A stretch of 27,574 nt of DNA from Polyangiales bacterium (GCA_039794305.1 JBDIVX010000101.1:1-27574), one strand, 5' to 3'; shown: positions 7,648 through 15,651, counted from the first letter of the stretch. A program made the numbers and translations. Notes: generated by a model from the sequence alone, not told the origin.

Positions 7648-9111
7648 ATGGACCGCAAGCACGACGCACTGGAAGTGGTGATGACCTGGGGCGGCACGCC
7701 TCAACACGGGGAGCTCTTCGACGCGCCCTGCGAGGTGACCGTGGGCGACGGCCGGGACGCGACGTTCGTCCTTCCGGCCGAGGTCGTCCCGTGCACGTTC
7801 TCGCTGGTGGAGCCGGAGCAGGACGCGTTCCTCCTCTGCATCCCGGCCGGCGCCGCCGCCCAGGCCGTGCGCCTCGACGAGACCGGCGCGCGTCACCCGA
7901 TCGACCTCGCGACGATCCCGTCGGACGCCGAGGGCACGCGCCGGGTTCGCATGGCCGGTCCGATGATCGCGGAGGTGGAGATCGGCGCCTTCCGGTTCCA
8001 CGTGCGCACCACGGACGGGAAGGTGGAGGTGCCCAAGGCCGCGCCGATCGACTGGCGCTCCTACCGGTGGGTCGCCGCGAGCTTCCTCTTCCACGCCACG
8101 CTGATCGGCATCTTCCTCTTGCAGCCGCCCGACGCGGGCGCGCTGAGCCTCGACCTCGATCGCGGCGATCTCTCGCGCATGCGTTACTACATGGCCGCGA
8201 TCGAGAGCGATCAGCTCCCGCCGGACGACTCCTACCTCGAGGGCGACCCGGGCGCGGCGACCAACGAGGGCCGCCCCATGGAGGGAGACGAGGGCTCGGC
8301 CGGCGCGCGCGACGAGCGCCGCAACACCGGCGGGCGCGTGGCGGTGCGCGGACCCGACGACGACGCGCGCGTCCCGCTCGAGGCGAGCGACGTGCAGCGC
8401 CTGAGCACGCTCGGCGCGATCGCGGCAGCCGCCATGGGACTGAGCGAGCTGAGCTCCCCGTTCGGCGCGGCCGACGCGCGCGGCTGGGCCGAGGAGTCGG
8501 CCTACGGCCCGCTCATGGCGGACTCCTACGGCTGGGCCCCCGGCAACGGCGGCTGGGGCATGATCGGCACCGGCCGAGGCGGCTGCCCCGCGGGCGCGAC
8601 CAACTGCGGGCTCGGCACGGTGGGCACGGGCGACCTCGACACGGTCGGCAGCGTCGGCGGCTGCTCGCGCGGCGACTTCCAGCGGTTCGTCGAGCGTTAC
8701 GGGCGGGCGGGCGCGATGGACCGCTGCAACGGCACCTCGCACCGCGTGAGCGGGAACACGGGCCTCACGCGCGGCGGCGGCGCGGCGCCGCCGGTCATCC
8801 ACGTGGGCGAGGCCGAGCCGGTGGGCGGCCTCAGCAAGGAGCAGGTGCGCCGCGTCGTCCGCCGCAACATCGCCCAGGTCCGCCACTGCTACGAGCAGGC
8901 CCTGCAGTCGCGGCCGGACCTCGAGGGTCGGGTGAGCGTGCAGTTCATCGTCGCGCAGAGCGGCGCCGTCATGAGCTCGCAGGTCGTCGGGAGCGACATG
9001 AGCTACCCGCGTGTCGGCGAGTGCGTCCAGCAGGCCGTGCGGCGGTGGGCATTCCCCCAGTCGCCCGGGGTGACCTCGGTGACCTACCCGTTCCGCTTCA
9101 CCACGCCCTGA
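7648..9111 (+). CDS. Membrane-anchored protein with an AgmX/PglI-type (TonB-C-like) C-terminal domain
   Basis: GGGAGG (7636-7641) lies 6 nt before ATG 7648. The protein has an N-terminal ~150-aa cytoplasmic domain, one TM helix (WVAASFLFHATLIGIFLL), a Gly/Pro/Asp-rich linker, and the C-terminal ...LSKEQVRRVVRRNIAQVRHCYEQALQSRPDLEGRVSVQFIV...VGECVQQAVRRWAFPQSPGVTSVTYPFRF, typical of the myxobacterial AgmX/PglI C-terminal domain. It is divergent from dnaJ. Confidence 0.75.
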   Translation: MDRKHDALEVVMTWGGTPQHGELFDAPCEVTVGDGRDATFVLPAEVVPCTFSLVEPEQDAFLLCIPAGAAAQAVRLDETGARHPIDLATIPSDAEGTRRVRMAGPMIAEVEIGAFRFHVRTTDGKVEVPKAAPIDWRSYRWVAASFLFHATLIGIFLLQPPDAGALSLDLDRGDLSRMRYYMAAIESDQLPPDDSYLEGDPGAATNEGRPMEGDEGSAGARDERRNTGGRVAVRGPDDDARVPLEASDVQRLSTLGAIAAAAMGLSELSSPFGAADARGWAEESAYGPLMADSYGWAPGNGGWGMIGTGRGGCPAGATNCGLGTVGTGDLDTVGSVGGCSRGDFQRFVERYGRAGAMDRCNGTSHRVSGNTGLTRGGGAAPPVIHVGEAEPVGGLSKEQVRRVVRRNIAQVRHCYEQALQSRPDLEGRVSVQFIVAQSGAVMSSQVVGSDMSYPRVGECVQQAVRRWAFPQSPGVTSVTYPFRFTTP

Positions 9112-9153
9112 CGGGCCCGGTCCGAAGCAGCGAACAAAACCCTCCCCCGAGAG

Positions 9154-9194
9154 ACGGCGATCCGGTAGATACCGGATCGCCGTTTCGCGTTTCT
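9154..9194 (+). terminator. Rho-independent terminator downstream of the AgmX/PglI-domain gene
   Basis: ACGGCGATCCGG-TAGATA-CCGGATCGCCGT is a perfect 12-bp stem with a 6-nt loop at 9154-9183, followed by TTCGCGTTTCT. Confidence 0.6.
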
Positions 9195-9204
9195 GGAGGG
9201 AAGT

Positions 9205-9660
9205 ATGCTCCGACTCGCCGTGGCGATCTGCCTCTCGCTCGCCACCCCTGCCGTCGCCCAGGGCTCGCCGCCGGCTCCCGAGTGCCCGGACGGGAGCTGC
9301 CCGGCGACCGACACCACGAAGGAGCCGCCCGTGCGCGCGGTGCAGCTTCCCGTCGGTCCGACGCGGGTCGCACGGATCCGGGGCGACGGTGCAGGCTGCT
9401 CGGCCGCCCCTGCGCGACGCGGCGCGCGCGCCCCGTGGGGGGCGGTCGCGCTCGTGCTCGCGGTGGGCGTCTGGCGACGGACGGTGGCGACGGCGGGCCG
9501 GACGCGCGCTCCTCAGGCCACGCGCCGGGTCGCGTTGGGGTCGTACACCACCAGGGGGCCCCGATCCCACCGCGCCATCGCGCGGACGGCGTCGAGCGGC
9601 TCGTCGAGCAGGCCCTCGGCGTCGAGGACGAGGACGTCCGCGGGATCGAGCGCGACGTAG
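9205..9660 (+). CDS. Small secreted Cys-containing protein with a MYXO-CTERM-like tail (3' end uncertain)
   Basis: GGAGGG lies 4 nt before ATG 9205. MLRLAVAICLSLATPAVAQG is a Sec signal peptide, and GC3 is about 88%. The protein continues ...ECPDGSCP...GDGAGCSAAPARRGARAPWGAVALVLAVGVWRR (Cys, then a hydrophobic helix, then RR), like a MYXO-CTERM sorting tail. The ORF then runs on into the convergent gene, overlapping 9513-9660, so the true stop may differ (frameshift, or GC-driven read-through). Confidence 0.35.
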   Translation: MLRLAVAICLSLATPAVAQGSPPAPECPDGSCPATDTTKEPPVRAVQLPVGPTRVARIRGDGAGCSAAPARRGARAPWGAVALVLAVGVWRRTVATAGRTRAPQATRRVALGSYTTRGPRSHRAIARTASSGSSSRPSASRTRTSAGSSAT

Positions 9661-10193
9661 GCCTCCACCGAGTCGGCGAGGGCCAGCGGCACGAACCGGA
9701 ACGGGATCTGCCGCCGGGACAGGAGCGTGTTCGTCGCCACCACCAGCGATCGCACCTCGATGGTCCGCCGCTCGAACGGGACGCCGTCGAGGACCAGCGG
9801 CTCGCGCTCGAGGAGCTGCGGCGCGAGGGCCTCCTGCGCCGCGTAGGTGCGGAGGACGAGGCGGCCGCCCGACTCCTCGATGAGGCCCAGCGGCCCGAGC
9901 TCCGGCGCCGCGAGCCGCAGGCGGGCCACGATCTGCCGGGCCGTCGCGCGGTCCCTCTCCCGGTGAAGGACGATGCGGTCGGTCCGGAACCGCACGAGGC
10001 CCGCGTCCACATCGCCGTCGCCGCGGTAGTACGCGTCGAGCAGGGCCGTCAGCGCGTTCGGCTCGGGCGGGCGCGTCGCCGCCGAGCCGAGCCGCGCCGG
10101 AAGAGACGCCGGGAACAGGGCCTTGGCGAGCCCCGCCCGGTGCAGGCCCTCGAGCACCTCGCGCCAGCGCGGGTGGGTCTGGTGGGCGACCAT
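9513..10193 (-). CDS. Hypothetical protein, 226 aa, no confident family
   Basis: GC3 is very high with a natural amino-acid composition (MVAHQTHPRWREVLEGLHRAGL...). The overlapping alternative-frame ORF 9098..10012 is R/S/P junk and is rejected. Confidence 0.6.
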   Translation of the reverse strand: MVAHQTHPRWREVLEGLHRAGLAKALFPASLPARLGSAATRPPEPNALTALLDAYYRGDGDVDAGLVRFRTDRIVLHRERDRATARQIVARLRLAAPELGPLGLIEESGGRLVLRTYAAQEALAPQLLEREPLVLDGVPFERRTIEVRSLVVATNTLLSRRQIPFRFVPLALADSVEAYVALDPADVLVLDAEGLLDEPLDAVRAMARWDRGPLVVYDPNATRRVA

Positions 10194-10323
10194 GGGGCGA
10201 GGATGTGCAAGGGCCTTGCCACCGGTGAGGACGCGGAAACGTCCGGCTTTTCGACGCGCCGGAGCCCGAGAGGCGGAGCCCGGAACGCTCCGGGCGCGCC
10301 GAATGTGCTAATCGGTCGCCACG

Positions 10324-10872
10324 ATGGCGGAGACGCGCGGAGACCTGCTGATCTGGATCGACATGGAGATGTCGGGGCTCGACCCGGACCGCGAGCGGAT
10401 CCTCGAGGTCGCGGCCCTGATCACGGACGGCGACCTGTTCGTGATCGCCGAGGGTCCGGAGATCGTCGTCCATCAGCCCGACTCGATCCTCGATGCGATG
10501 GACGACTGGAACCGGGAGCACCACGGGGCGTCCGGCCTCGTCGAGCGCGTGCGGGCGTCGACCGTCACCGAGGCGGAGGCCGAGGCCCGGCTCCTCGAGC
10601 TCTTCTCCGCGCACTGCGAGCCCGGGACGACGCCGCTCTGCGGGAGCTCCGTCCACCAGGACCGCCGGTTCCTCCGGCGCTACATGCCCAAGGTCGACGA
10701 CTTCATGCACTACCGCATCGTGGACGTGAGCACCGTCAAGGAGCTGTGCCGCCGGTGGTACCCGAAGCTGTTCGACACGCGCCCCACGAAGGAAGGCAAG
10801 CACCGCGCCCTCGAGGACATCCGCGAGAGCGTCGAGGAGCTGCGCTGGTACCGAGAGAACGCGTTCAAGTGA
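10324..10872 (+). CDS. orn: Oligoribonuclease (DEDDh 3'-5' exoribonuclease)
   Basis: The product, LLIWIDMEMSGLDPDRERILEVAALITD...HQDRRFL...HRALEDIRESVEEL, is 182 aa and colinear with Orn. Confidence 0.9.
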   Translation: MAETRGDLLIWIDMEMSGLDPDRERILEVAALITDGDLFVIAEGPEIVVHQPDSILDAMDDWNREHHGASGLVERVRASTVTEAEAEARLLELFSAHCEPGTTPLCGSSVHQDRRFLRRYMPKVDDFMHYRIVDVSTVKELCRRWYPKLFDTRPTKEGKHRALEDIRESVEELRWYRENAFK

Positions 10873-12008
10873 GTCCCACCTCGGTCTACGTGCACTTCCC
10901 GTGGTGTCTGAAGAAGTGCCCGTACTGTGACTTCGCCACCCGCAAGATCGATCGGCCCGAGGTCCCACACCGCGCGTACGCCGACGCCGTCCTGCGCGAG
11001 CTCGATCGGCGTGCGCACGCGCTCGAGGGTCGGCACCTCGTCTCGGTCTTCTTCGGGGGCGGGACTCCGTCGCTCTGGGATCCCGTCGAGCTCGGCCGGG
11101 TCCTGCGCGGCGTCCGCGGCGCGTTCGCGCGCGAAGCGGAGGACGTCGAGGTGACCGTCGAGTGCAACCCGTCGTCGCTCGACGCGCCGCGGGTCGCGGC
11201 GCTGCTCGAGGCGGGCGTCGATCGGCTGAGCGTCGGCGTGCAGTCGTTCGACGACGAGCGCCTGCGGTTCCTCGGGCGGTTCCACGACGCGGCCGGCGCG
11301 CTCCGCGCGCTCGAGCACGCGATCGCCGAGGCGCCGCGGGTGAGCGCGGACCTGATGTTCGGCATGCCGGGCCAGTCGCCCGGGGCGCTGCTCGACGACG
11401 TACGGAGGCTGATCGATCTCGGGCTCCGGCACGTCTCTGCGTATGCCCTCACCGTCGAGCCCGGCACGCAGCTCGGCGAGCTCCATCGAAAGGGCCGCCT
11501 GAAGCTGGCCGGCGAGGACGACACGGTCGAGATGTTCGTACGGGTCGAGGAGCTCTTCGCGTCGGCGGGGCTCGGGCACTACGAGGTCAGCAACTACGCC
11601 GCACCAGACGAGGAGAGCCGCCACAACCTGCACTACTGGCGCGGCGGCGCCTACGTCGGGCTCGGCGCGGCGGCGGTGGGCTGCCTCGACCGGGGCGTGG
11701 GCCGCTCCCGTCGCTGGCGGAACGAGCCCGAGGGCACGCGGTACCTCGAGACGCTCGCCGAGGAGTCGGAGGAGCAGCTCGGACCGGACGAGATCGTGCG
11801 CGAAGCCCTCATGCTGGGTCTGCGCACGCGCGAGGGGGTGGACCTCTCGGACGTCGCCCGCCGCGCCGGCGCCGACCCGCTCGAGAGGCGCAGCCGAGCC
11901 CTCACCCGCCTCACCGCCGCGGGCGACGTCGTCCGCGAGCACGATCGGCTGCGGGTGCCCGCCGAACGCTGGCTCCGGCTCGACTCCATCGTGGCCGATC
12001 TCTTCTAA
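10869..12008 (+). CDS. hemW: Radical-SAM heme chaperone HemW (HemN-like, oxygen-independent coproporphyrinogen-III oxidase-like)
   Basis: GTG at 10869-10871 overlaps the orn stop TGA (10870-10872), giving a GTGA coupling. Twelve residues precede the CxxxCxxC motif (VYVHFPWCLKKCPYCDF), followed by GGGTPS and the HNxxYW motif (RHNLHYWRGGAY). The rest of track ORF 7476..12008 is a read-through artefact. Confidence 0.85.
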   Translation: MSPTSVYVHFPWCLKKCPYCDFATRKIDRPEVPHRAYADAVLRELDRRAHALEGRHLVSVFFGGGTPSLWDPVELGRVLRGVRGAFAREAEDVEVTVECNPSSLDAPRVAALLEAGVDRLSVGVQSFDDERLRFLGRFHDAAGALRALEHAIAEAPRVSADLMFGMPGQSPGALLDDVRRLIDLGLRHVSAYALTVEPGTQLGELHRKGRLKLAGEDDTVEMFVRVEELFASAGLGHYEVSNYAAPDEESRHNLHYWRGGAYVGLGAAAVGCLDRGVGRSRRWRNEPEGTRYLETLAEESEEQLGPDEIVREALMLGLRTREGVDLSDVARRAGADPLERRSRALTRLTAAGDVVREHDRLRVPAERWLRLDSIVADLF

Positions 12009-12043
12009 CCCGCAGCAGCCATCGACTACCCTCCGAGCCCACG

Positions 12044-12706
12044 GTGCCCTTCGACTTCCAACGCGTCCGGGCGGAGAAGCTGGTCAAGGTCTACGGCGCC
12101 ACTCGCGCGCTCGCCGGCGTCGACCTCACCTTCGAGAGCGGCCGGGTGACGGTCGTCGAGGGACCCAACGGGTCGGGCAAGAGCACGCTGCTCGCCATCC
12201 TGGCCCAGCTCGCGCGGCCGACGCGCGGCCGGGTGCTGTACGGCGACCTCGACGGCCAGCGCGGCGGCGCACGGGTTCGCGCGCGCATCGGCGTCCTCGC
12301 GCACGCGGCGATGGTGTACCCCGACCTCACCGGCCGCGAGAACCTGGAGCTGTTCGCGTCGCTCCACGAGATCGCGCGCCCGCGCGAGCGCGTCGACGAG
12401 CTCATCGAGCGGTTCGACATCGCGAGGTTCCTCGACCGCCCCACGCGCACCTACTCCCGCGGCCAGCTCCAGCGCGTCGCCCTCGCCCGCGCGCTCGTCC
12501 ACTCGCCGAGGCTGCTCCTGCTCGACGAGCCCTCGACCGGCCTCGACGAACGCTCGGTCGCGCGCCTCGTGCACACCGTCGAACAGGAGCGCGAGGCGGG
12601 CACGATCCTCGTCCTCGTCACGCACGACGCGGCGCTCGCCGAGCGGCTCGGCGACGTTCGCGTCCGCCTCGACCGCGGACGGGTCGCCGAACGGGAGGCC
12701 GCGTGA
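12044..12706 (+). CDS. ccmA: Heme-exporter ABC ATPase CcmA
   Basis: GTG at 12044 is the first start before the ATPase fold. Walker A is GPNGSGKST, the signature is YSRGQLQRV and Walker B is LLLLDEPSTGLD. The 220-aa length fits CcmA. The start is assigned by homology and lacks a strong SD. Confidence 0.75.
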   Translation: MPFDFQRVRAEKLVKVYGATRALAGVDLTFESGRVTVVEGPNGSGKSTLLAILAQLARPTRGRVLYGDLDGQRGGARVRARIGVLAHAAMVYPDLTGRENLELFASLHEIARPRERVDELIERFDIARFLDRPTRTYSRGQLQRVALARALVHSPRLLLLDEPSTGLDERSVARLVHTVEQEREAGTILVLVTHDAALAERLGDVRVRLDRGRVAEREAA

Positions 12707-13377
12707 GGGTCCTGCGCGCCGCGGCCCGGATCGCCTGGAAGGACCTGCGGATCGAGGCGCGCACCGGCGAGGTGGTGCTCGTGACGGGCCTGTTCGCCGT
12801 GCTCGTGACCGTGCTGTCGTCGCTCTCGTTCTACATCGACCCGAGCGGCGCGCGGCTCGTCGCGCCGGGCGTCCTGTGGATCGCGATCGCCTTCGCGGGC
12901 GTGCTCGCGATGGGGCGGAGCTGGGCCCGCGAGCGGGACCACGACGTGATGCGGGGCCTCCTGCTCTCACCGATGCCGCGCTCGGCGATCTACCTCGGCA
13001 AGGCGGCCGGCTCGCTCTTGTTCCTGCTGGTCGTCGAGGTGGTCCTCGTGCCGCTCGTCGCGGTCCTGTTCCACCTCGACCTCACGCCGGTGCTCGGGCC
13101 GCTCGCGCTGCTCCTCTTCCTCGGCACGCTAGGCTTCGTCGCCGCCGGGACGCTCTTCGCGGCCATGGGCGTCAAGACCGGGGCCCGCGAGCTCGCCCTC
13201 AGCGTCATCCTCTTCCCGCTGGTCGCCCCCGCGCTCCTCGCCGGCGTCGTGGCGACCCGCGCGCTGTTCGGAGGCGCGACCGAGGAGGTGTGGCCCTGGG
13301 CGCGGATCCTCGCCGCCTTCGATCTCATCTTCCTGGCGTCGGGGCTCGCGCTGTTCGATCCGCTGACGAGCGAATAG
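12703..13377 (+). CDS. ccmB: Heme-exporter permease CcmB
   Basis: GTG at 12703-12705 overlaps the ccmA stop TGA at 12704-12706. The protein has six predicted TM segments and aligns block-by-block with E. coli CcmB (...GARLVAPGVLWIAIAFAGVLAMGRSWARERDHDVMRGLLLSPMP...). Confidence 0.8.
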   Translation: MRVLRAAARIAWKDLRIEARTGEVVLVTGLFAVLVTVLSSLSFYIDPSGARLVAPGVLWIAIAFAGVLAMGRSWARERDHDVMRGLLLSPMPRSAIYLGKAAGSLLFLLVVEVVLVPLVAVLFHLDLTPVLGPLALLLFLGTLGFVAAGTLFAAMGVKTGARELALSVILFPLVAPALLAGVVATRALFGGATEEVWPWARILAAFDLIFLASGLALFDPLTSE

Positions 13378-13387
13378 AGAGGCGCGC

Positions 13388-13642
13388 TCACTCGGCGGCG
13401 AAGGCCGCCTCGGTGTCGACGCCGAAGCCCGGCAGGAGCGACGAGTCGGCCCGCTGGCCCTCGGCGAAGCGGCCACGCTCGGCGTAGACGCCGTCCTCGA
13501 GGACGAGCACGGTGATGGTCTCGGTCTGGGGATCGACGATCCCGACGCCGACGGGACCCGCGACGACGCCGGGGGCTTCTGCGGCAACTGGACGAGCGGC
13601 TCGGGCGGCGCCGAAGCGGGCCGCACCGACCAGAGCGACCAC
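13388..13642 (-). CDS. Small hypothetical protein or C-terminal gene remnant (start uncertain)
   Basis: The 3' ~55 codons (...GIVDPQTETITVLVLEDGVYAERGRFAEGQRADSSLLPGFGVDTEAAFAAE*) show a coding-like GC3>GC1>GC2 pattern. The 5' third is not coding-like. The proposed GTG (13640-13642) is a guess, with the ATG at 13682-13684 as the alternative. Confidence 0.3.
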   Translation of the reverse strand: MVALVGAARFGAARAARPVAAEAPGVVAGPVGVGIVDPQTETITVLVLEDGVYAERGRFAEGQRADSSLLPGFGVDTEAAFAAE

Positions 13643-13859
13643 CGCTGGATCAGCATCTACGGCTCCGGCTCGAGCTCCGGGCACGCATGCTCGAACATGA
13701 GCCGCATGTACTGCATCCGCGTCGAGTGAGTCGGGGGCGCCGGCCGAGTCGGGGCGCGTTCGGGCAGCCCGCAGTGGTGTTTTCCCAGGATGTCCCCGCG
13801 CGGTCCGTCCGATGCGAATGCCACCGCAGACAGGGCCGCGGCCATCTGCGGCACCGCGC

Positions 13860-14705
13860 CTATCCGCGCTCGGACACTTCGACGATCTGCACGGTGTCGA
13901 CGCGCAGGCCGAGCTTGCCGTAGTCCGTCTCGGCCTCGAAGGCGACCGCCTCGGCCACCTTCAGCGGCTCCTCTCGCAGCTCCTCGCGGGTGAGCTCGGC
14001 GGCGAGCCCGCGAAGCGCACCCTCGAAGGTCTCCCGAGCCACGCTCGCGATCTGCTCGGGGGACAGGCCGAGGAACCGCTCGACCGCGTTCTGGACCAGG
14101 GGCTCGTGGCGCGCGGTCCGCACCACCAACCGGTAGTGCACGTCCACGCGATCCCCCTTCTTCGTGTATGCGCCGCCGAGCGTTCCCTCGATGTGGAAGG
14201 GCCCGGCAGGAAGCTCGTCCGCGCGCTCGATGATCGGGATGCGCAGTACGCGCCCGCCCGTGACGACGCGGTATCCGCGCGTCCCGCCGGGGCCGTGGTA
14301 CTGCCGGCCACTCAGCACGACGATGCGGTCGGGCGGGACGACCATGAGCAGGCTCGTCACGGCGCCGACCAGCACGGTGGCGAAGAGCAGGCCCAGGCCC
14401 GCGGCGACCAGGACTGCAGCGACGCTCGCGCTCGTCGAATCCGTCGTCGCGATCAGGCTCGCCATGCCGGCCCCAATCAGCAAGACCGAGAGCACGGCGC
14501 CGAGCCCGACGACCGGCGCGCGGGCCCCGCGACTCCTCGGTGAAGCCGTCTGGGCCGCACCGCTGCGGAGCATCTCGTTCTCCGCCGCGAGGCGCGCGAC
14601 CTTCCGCTCCAGCACCTCGACGCGCGCTCGGCTCGCCAGCTCGTCGTCCCGGAATCCCACGCGCCGAGCATACATGCGCCCGCGCCGTCGCCGATCCTCC
14701 CACAT
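13860..14705 (-). CDS. Membrane-anchored SPFH/band-7 (flotillin-like) domain protein, short form
   Basis: An N-terminal coiled coil (ELASRARVEVLERKVARLAAENEMLRS) is followed by two TM helices and an SPFH-like block: ...RVLRIPIIERADELPAGPFHIEGTLGGAYTKKGDRVDVHYRLVV...AVERFLGLSPEQIASVARETFEGALRGLAAELTREELREEPLKVAEAVAFEAETDYGKLGLRVDTVQIVEV. Start Met44 (14703-14705) avoids an overlap with the divergent gene. Met54 (14673-14675) is the alternative. Confidence 0.55.
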   Translation of the reverse strand: MWEDRRRRGRMYARRVGFRDDELASRARVEVLERKVARLAAENEMLRSGAAQTASPRSRGARAPVVGLGAVLSVLLIGAGMASLIATTDSTSASVAAVLVAAGLGLLFATVLVGAVTSLLMVVPPDRIVVLSGRQYHGPGGTRGYRVVTGGRVLRIPIIERADELPAGPFHIEGTLGGAYTKKGDRVDVHYRLVVRTARHEPLVQNAVERFLGLSPEQIASVARETFEGALRGLAAELTREELREEPLKVAEAVAFEAETDYGKLGLRVDTVQIVEVSERG

Positions 14706-14832
14706 CGGCGCCTGGCACAGCCTGGCATCGAGGGTGAACCGGGCGCCACACCGGATCGGCCGGCGGGCCGGAAAAGCGGCACTGCCGGCGCTGGTACGCC
14801 GGTTGCCATGGATGGCCGCAGGAGGTCTTGCC

Positions 14833-15651
14833 ATGCGTTCTTGGAATCACCGAGCCGCTTTCCAGCTTCGCTTCTCCGCCGCCGTGACGGTGCTCGCGGG
14901 GCTGAGCCTCGCTTGCATGAGCGAGGTGGACGGGGAGCGCGCGACCACGGGGGAGTGCCCGGCGGGCGAGGTGTGCTCCGACGCGACCCCGGGCGGGCTC
15001 ACCTTCGTGGGCAACGCGTTCTACGACGACGCCGTGCTCCGGCTCGGGCCGGTGCTCGTCGGCGGCACCTTCGACGTCGGGCTCCGTACCGCCGACGGAC
15101 AGCCGCTTCCGCCCTTCGACTACCGGGTAGAAGACGGCTCGGTGCTTTCCGTCGAGCTGGGCGAGGGCGTCTTCGGGCCGACCAACGACGAGGGCGCGCC
15201 GTTCTACCCCGTGGAGTCGCATGTGACGCTCACCGGCACGGGCTCCGGCGAGACGTACCTGCGGATCGTCGACGCCGCCACGGGCGAGCTGTACGACCGC
15301 CTCCTCATCGAGGCCTACCGCGTCGAAGACGTGCGCGTCGTGAACGTCGGCGAGCCCGAGCGCGATCACCTGCTCGCCGGATGCTCACAGATGGTCGGTG
15401 TGCGTCTACTCGCCAACGACGGCACCGACGAGCTGCGCGCCTTCGATCAGAGCGTCCGGATCCGCGTGGACGACGGCACCGTCAGCGACGAGCCGCGGTT
15501 CTGGGACTGCTTCATGTACGACGTCCCCGAGGGGCGCGCCGAGATCACCTTCTACGTCGACGCCGTGGGCCAGACGTTCGAGCGGACGATGGCCGTGCAC
15601 ACGCTGGAAGACGAGGGCCTCGCCGCCTGCCCGGTGGTCCGGGCGGACTGA
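14833..15651 (+). CDS. Secreted protein or lipoprotein, unknown function (two beta-rich repeats)
   Basis: GGAGG (14821-14825) lies 7 nt before ATG 14833. MRSWNHRAAFQLRFSAAVTVLAGLSLAC is a signal peptide with a lipobox-like ...LAC. GC3 is high. The stop is at 15649-15651. Confidence 0.6.
   Translation: MRSWNHRAAFQLRFSAAVTVLAGLSLACMSEVDGERATTGECPAGEVCSDATPGGLTFVGNAFYDDAVLRLGPVLVGGTFDVGLRTADGQPLPPFDYRVEDGSVLSVELGEGVFGPTNDEGAPFYPVESHVTLTGTGSGETYLRIVDAATGELYDRLLIEAYRVEDVRVVNVGEPERDHLLAGCSQMVGVRLLANDGTDELRAFDQSVRIRVDDGTVSDEPRFWDCFMYDVPEGRAEITFYVDAVGQTFERTMAVHTLEDEGLAACPVVRAD

Noticed and set aside
9205-9660. Calling the small secreted ORF a confident MYXO-CTERM protein
   Set aside because: The tail pattern fits, but the ORF runs more than 50 codons past the RR anchor into the convergent gene, so it is kept only as a low-confidence feature and finding.
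9098-10012. 304-aa minus-strand ORF overlapping the 9513..10193 gene in another frame
   Set aside because: It is S/R/P-rich junk, and the overlapping frame has a natural composition and a better codon-position GC pattern.
7567-10968. 1133-aa minus-strand ORF, together with the upstream 1130 codons of the 1510-aa plus-strand ORF 7476..12008
   Set aside because: The translations are R/G/P/A-rich low complexity. They run antisense or out of frame through dnaJ, the AgmX/PglI-domain gene, orn and hemW, all of which have recognisable domains and high GC3 in their own frames. This is a typical stop-codon-poor artefact of 72% GC DNA.
13512-13923. Small plus-strand ORFs 13512..13700 and 13687..13923 as candidates for a missing ccmC/ccmD
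   Set aside because: They are not hydrophobic, their R/T/A-rich composition is junk-like, and CcmC would need ~250 aa of membrane protein.
13657-15369. 570-aa minus-strand ORF spanning the SPFH and lipoprotein genes
   Set aside because: It is an R/G-rich read-through. The real genes here are 13860..14705 (minus, a different frame) and 14833..15651 (plus).
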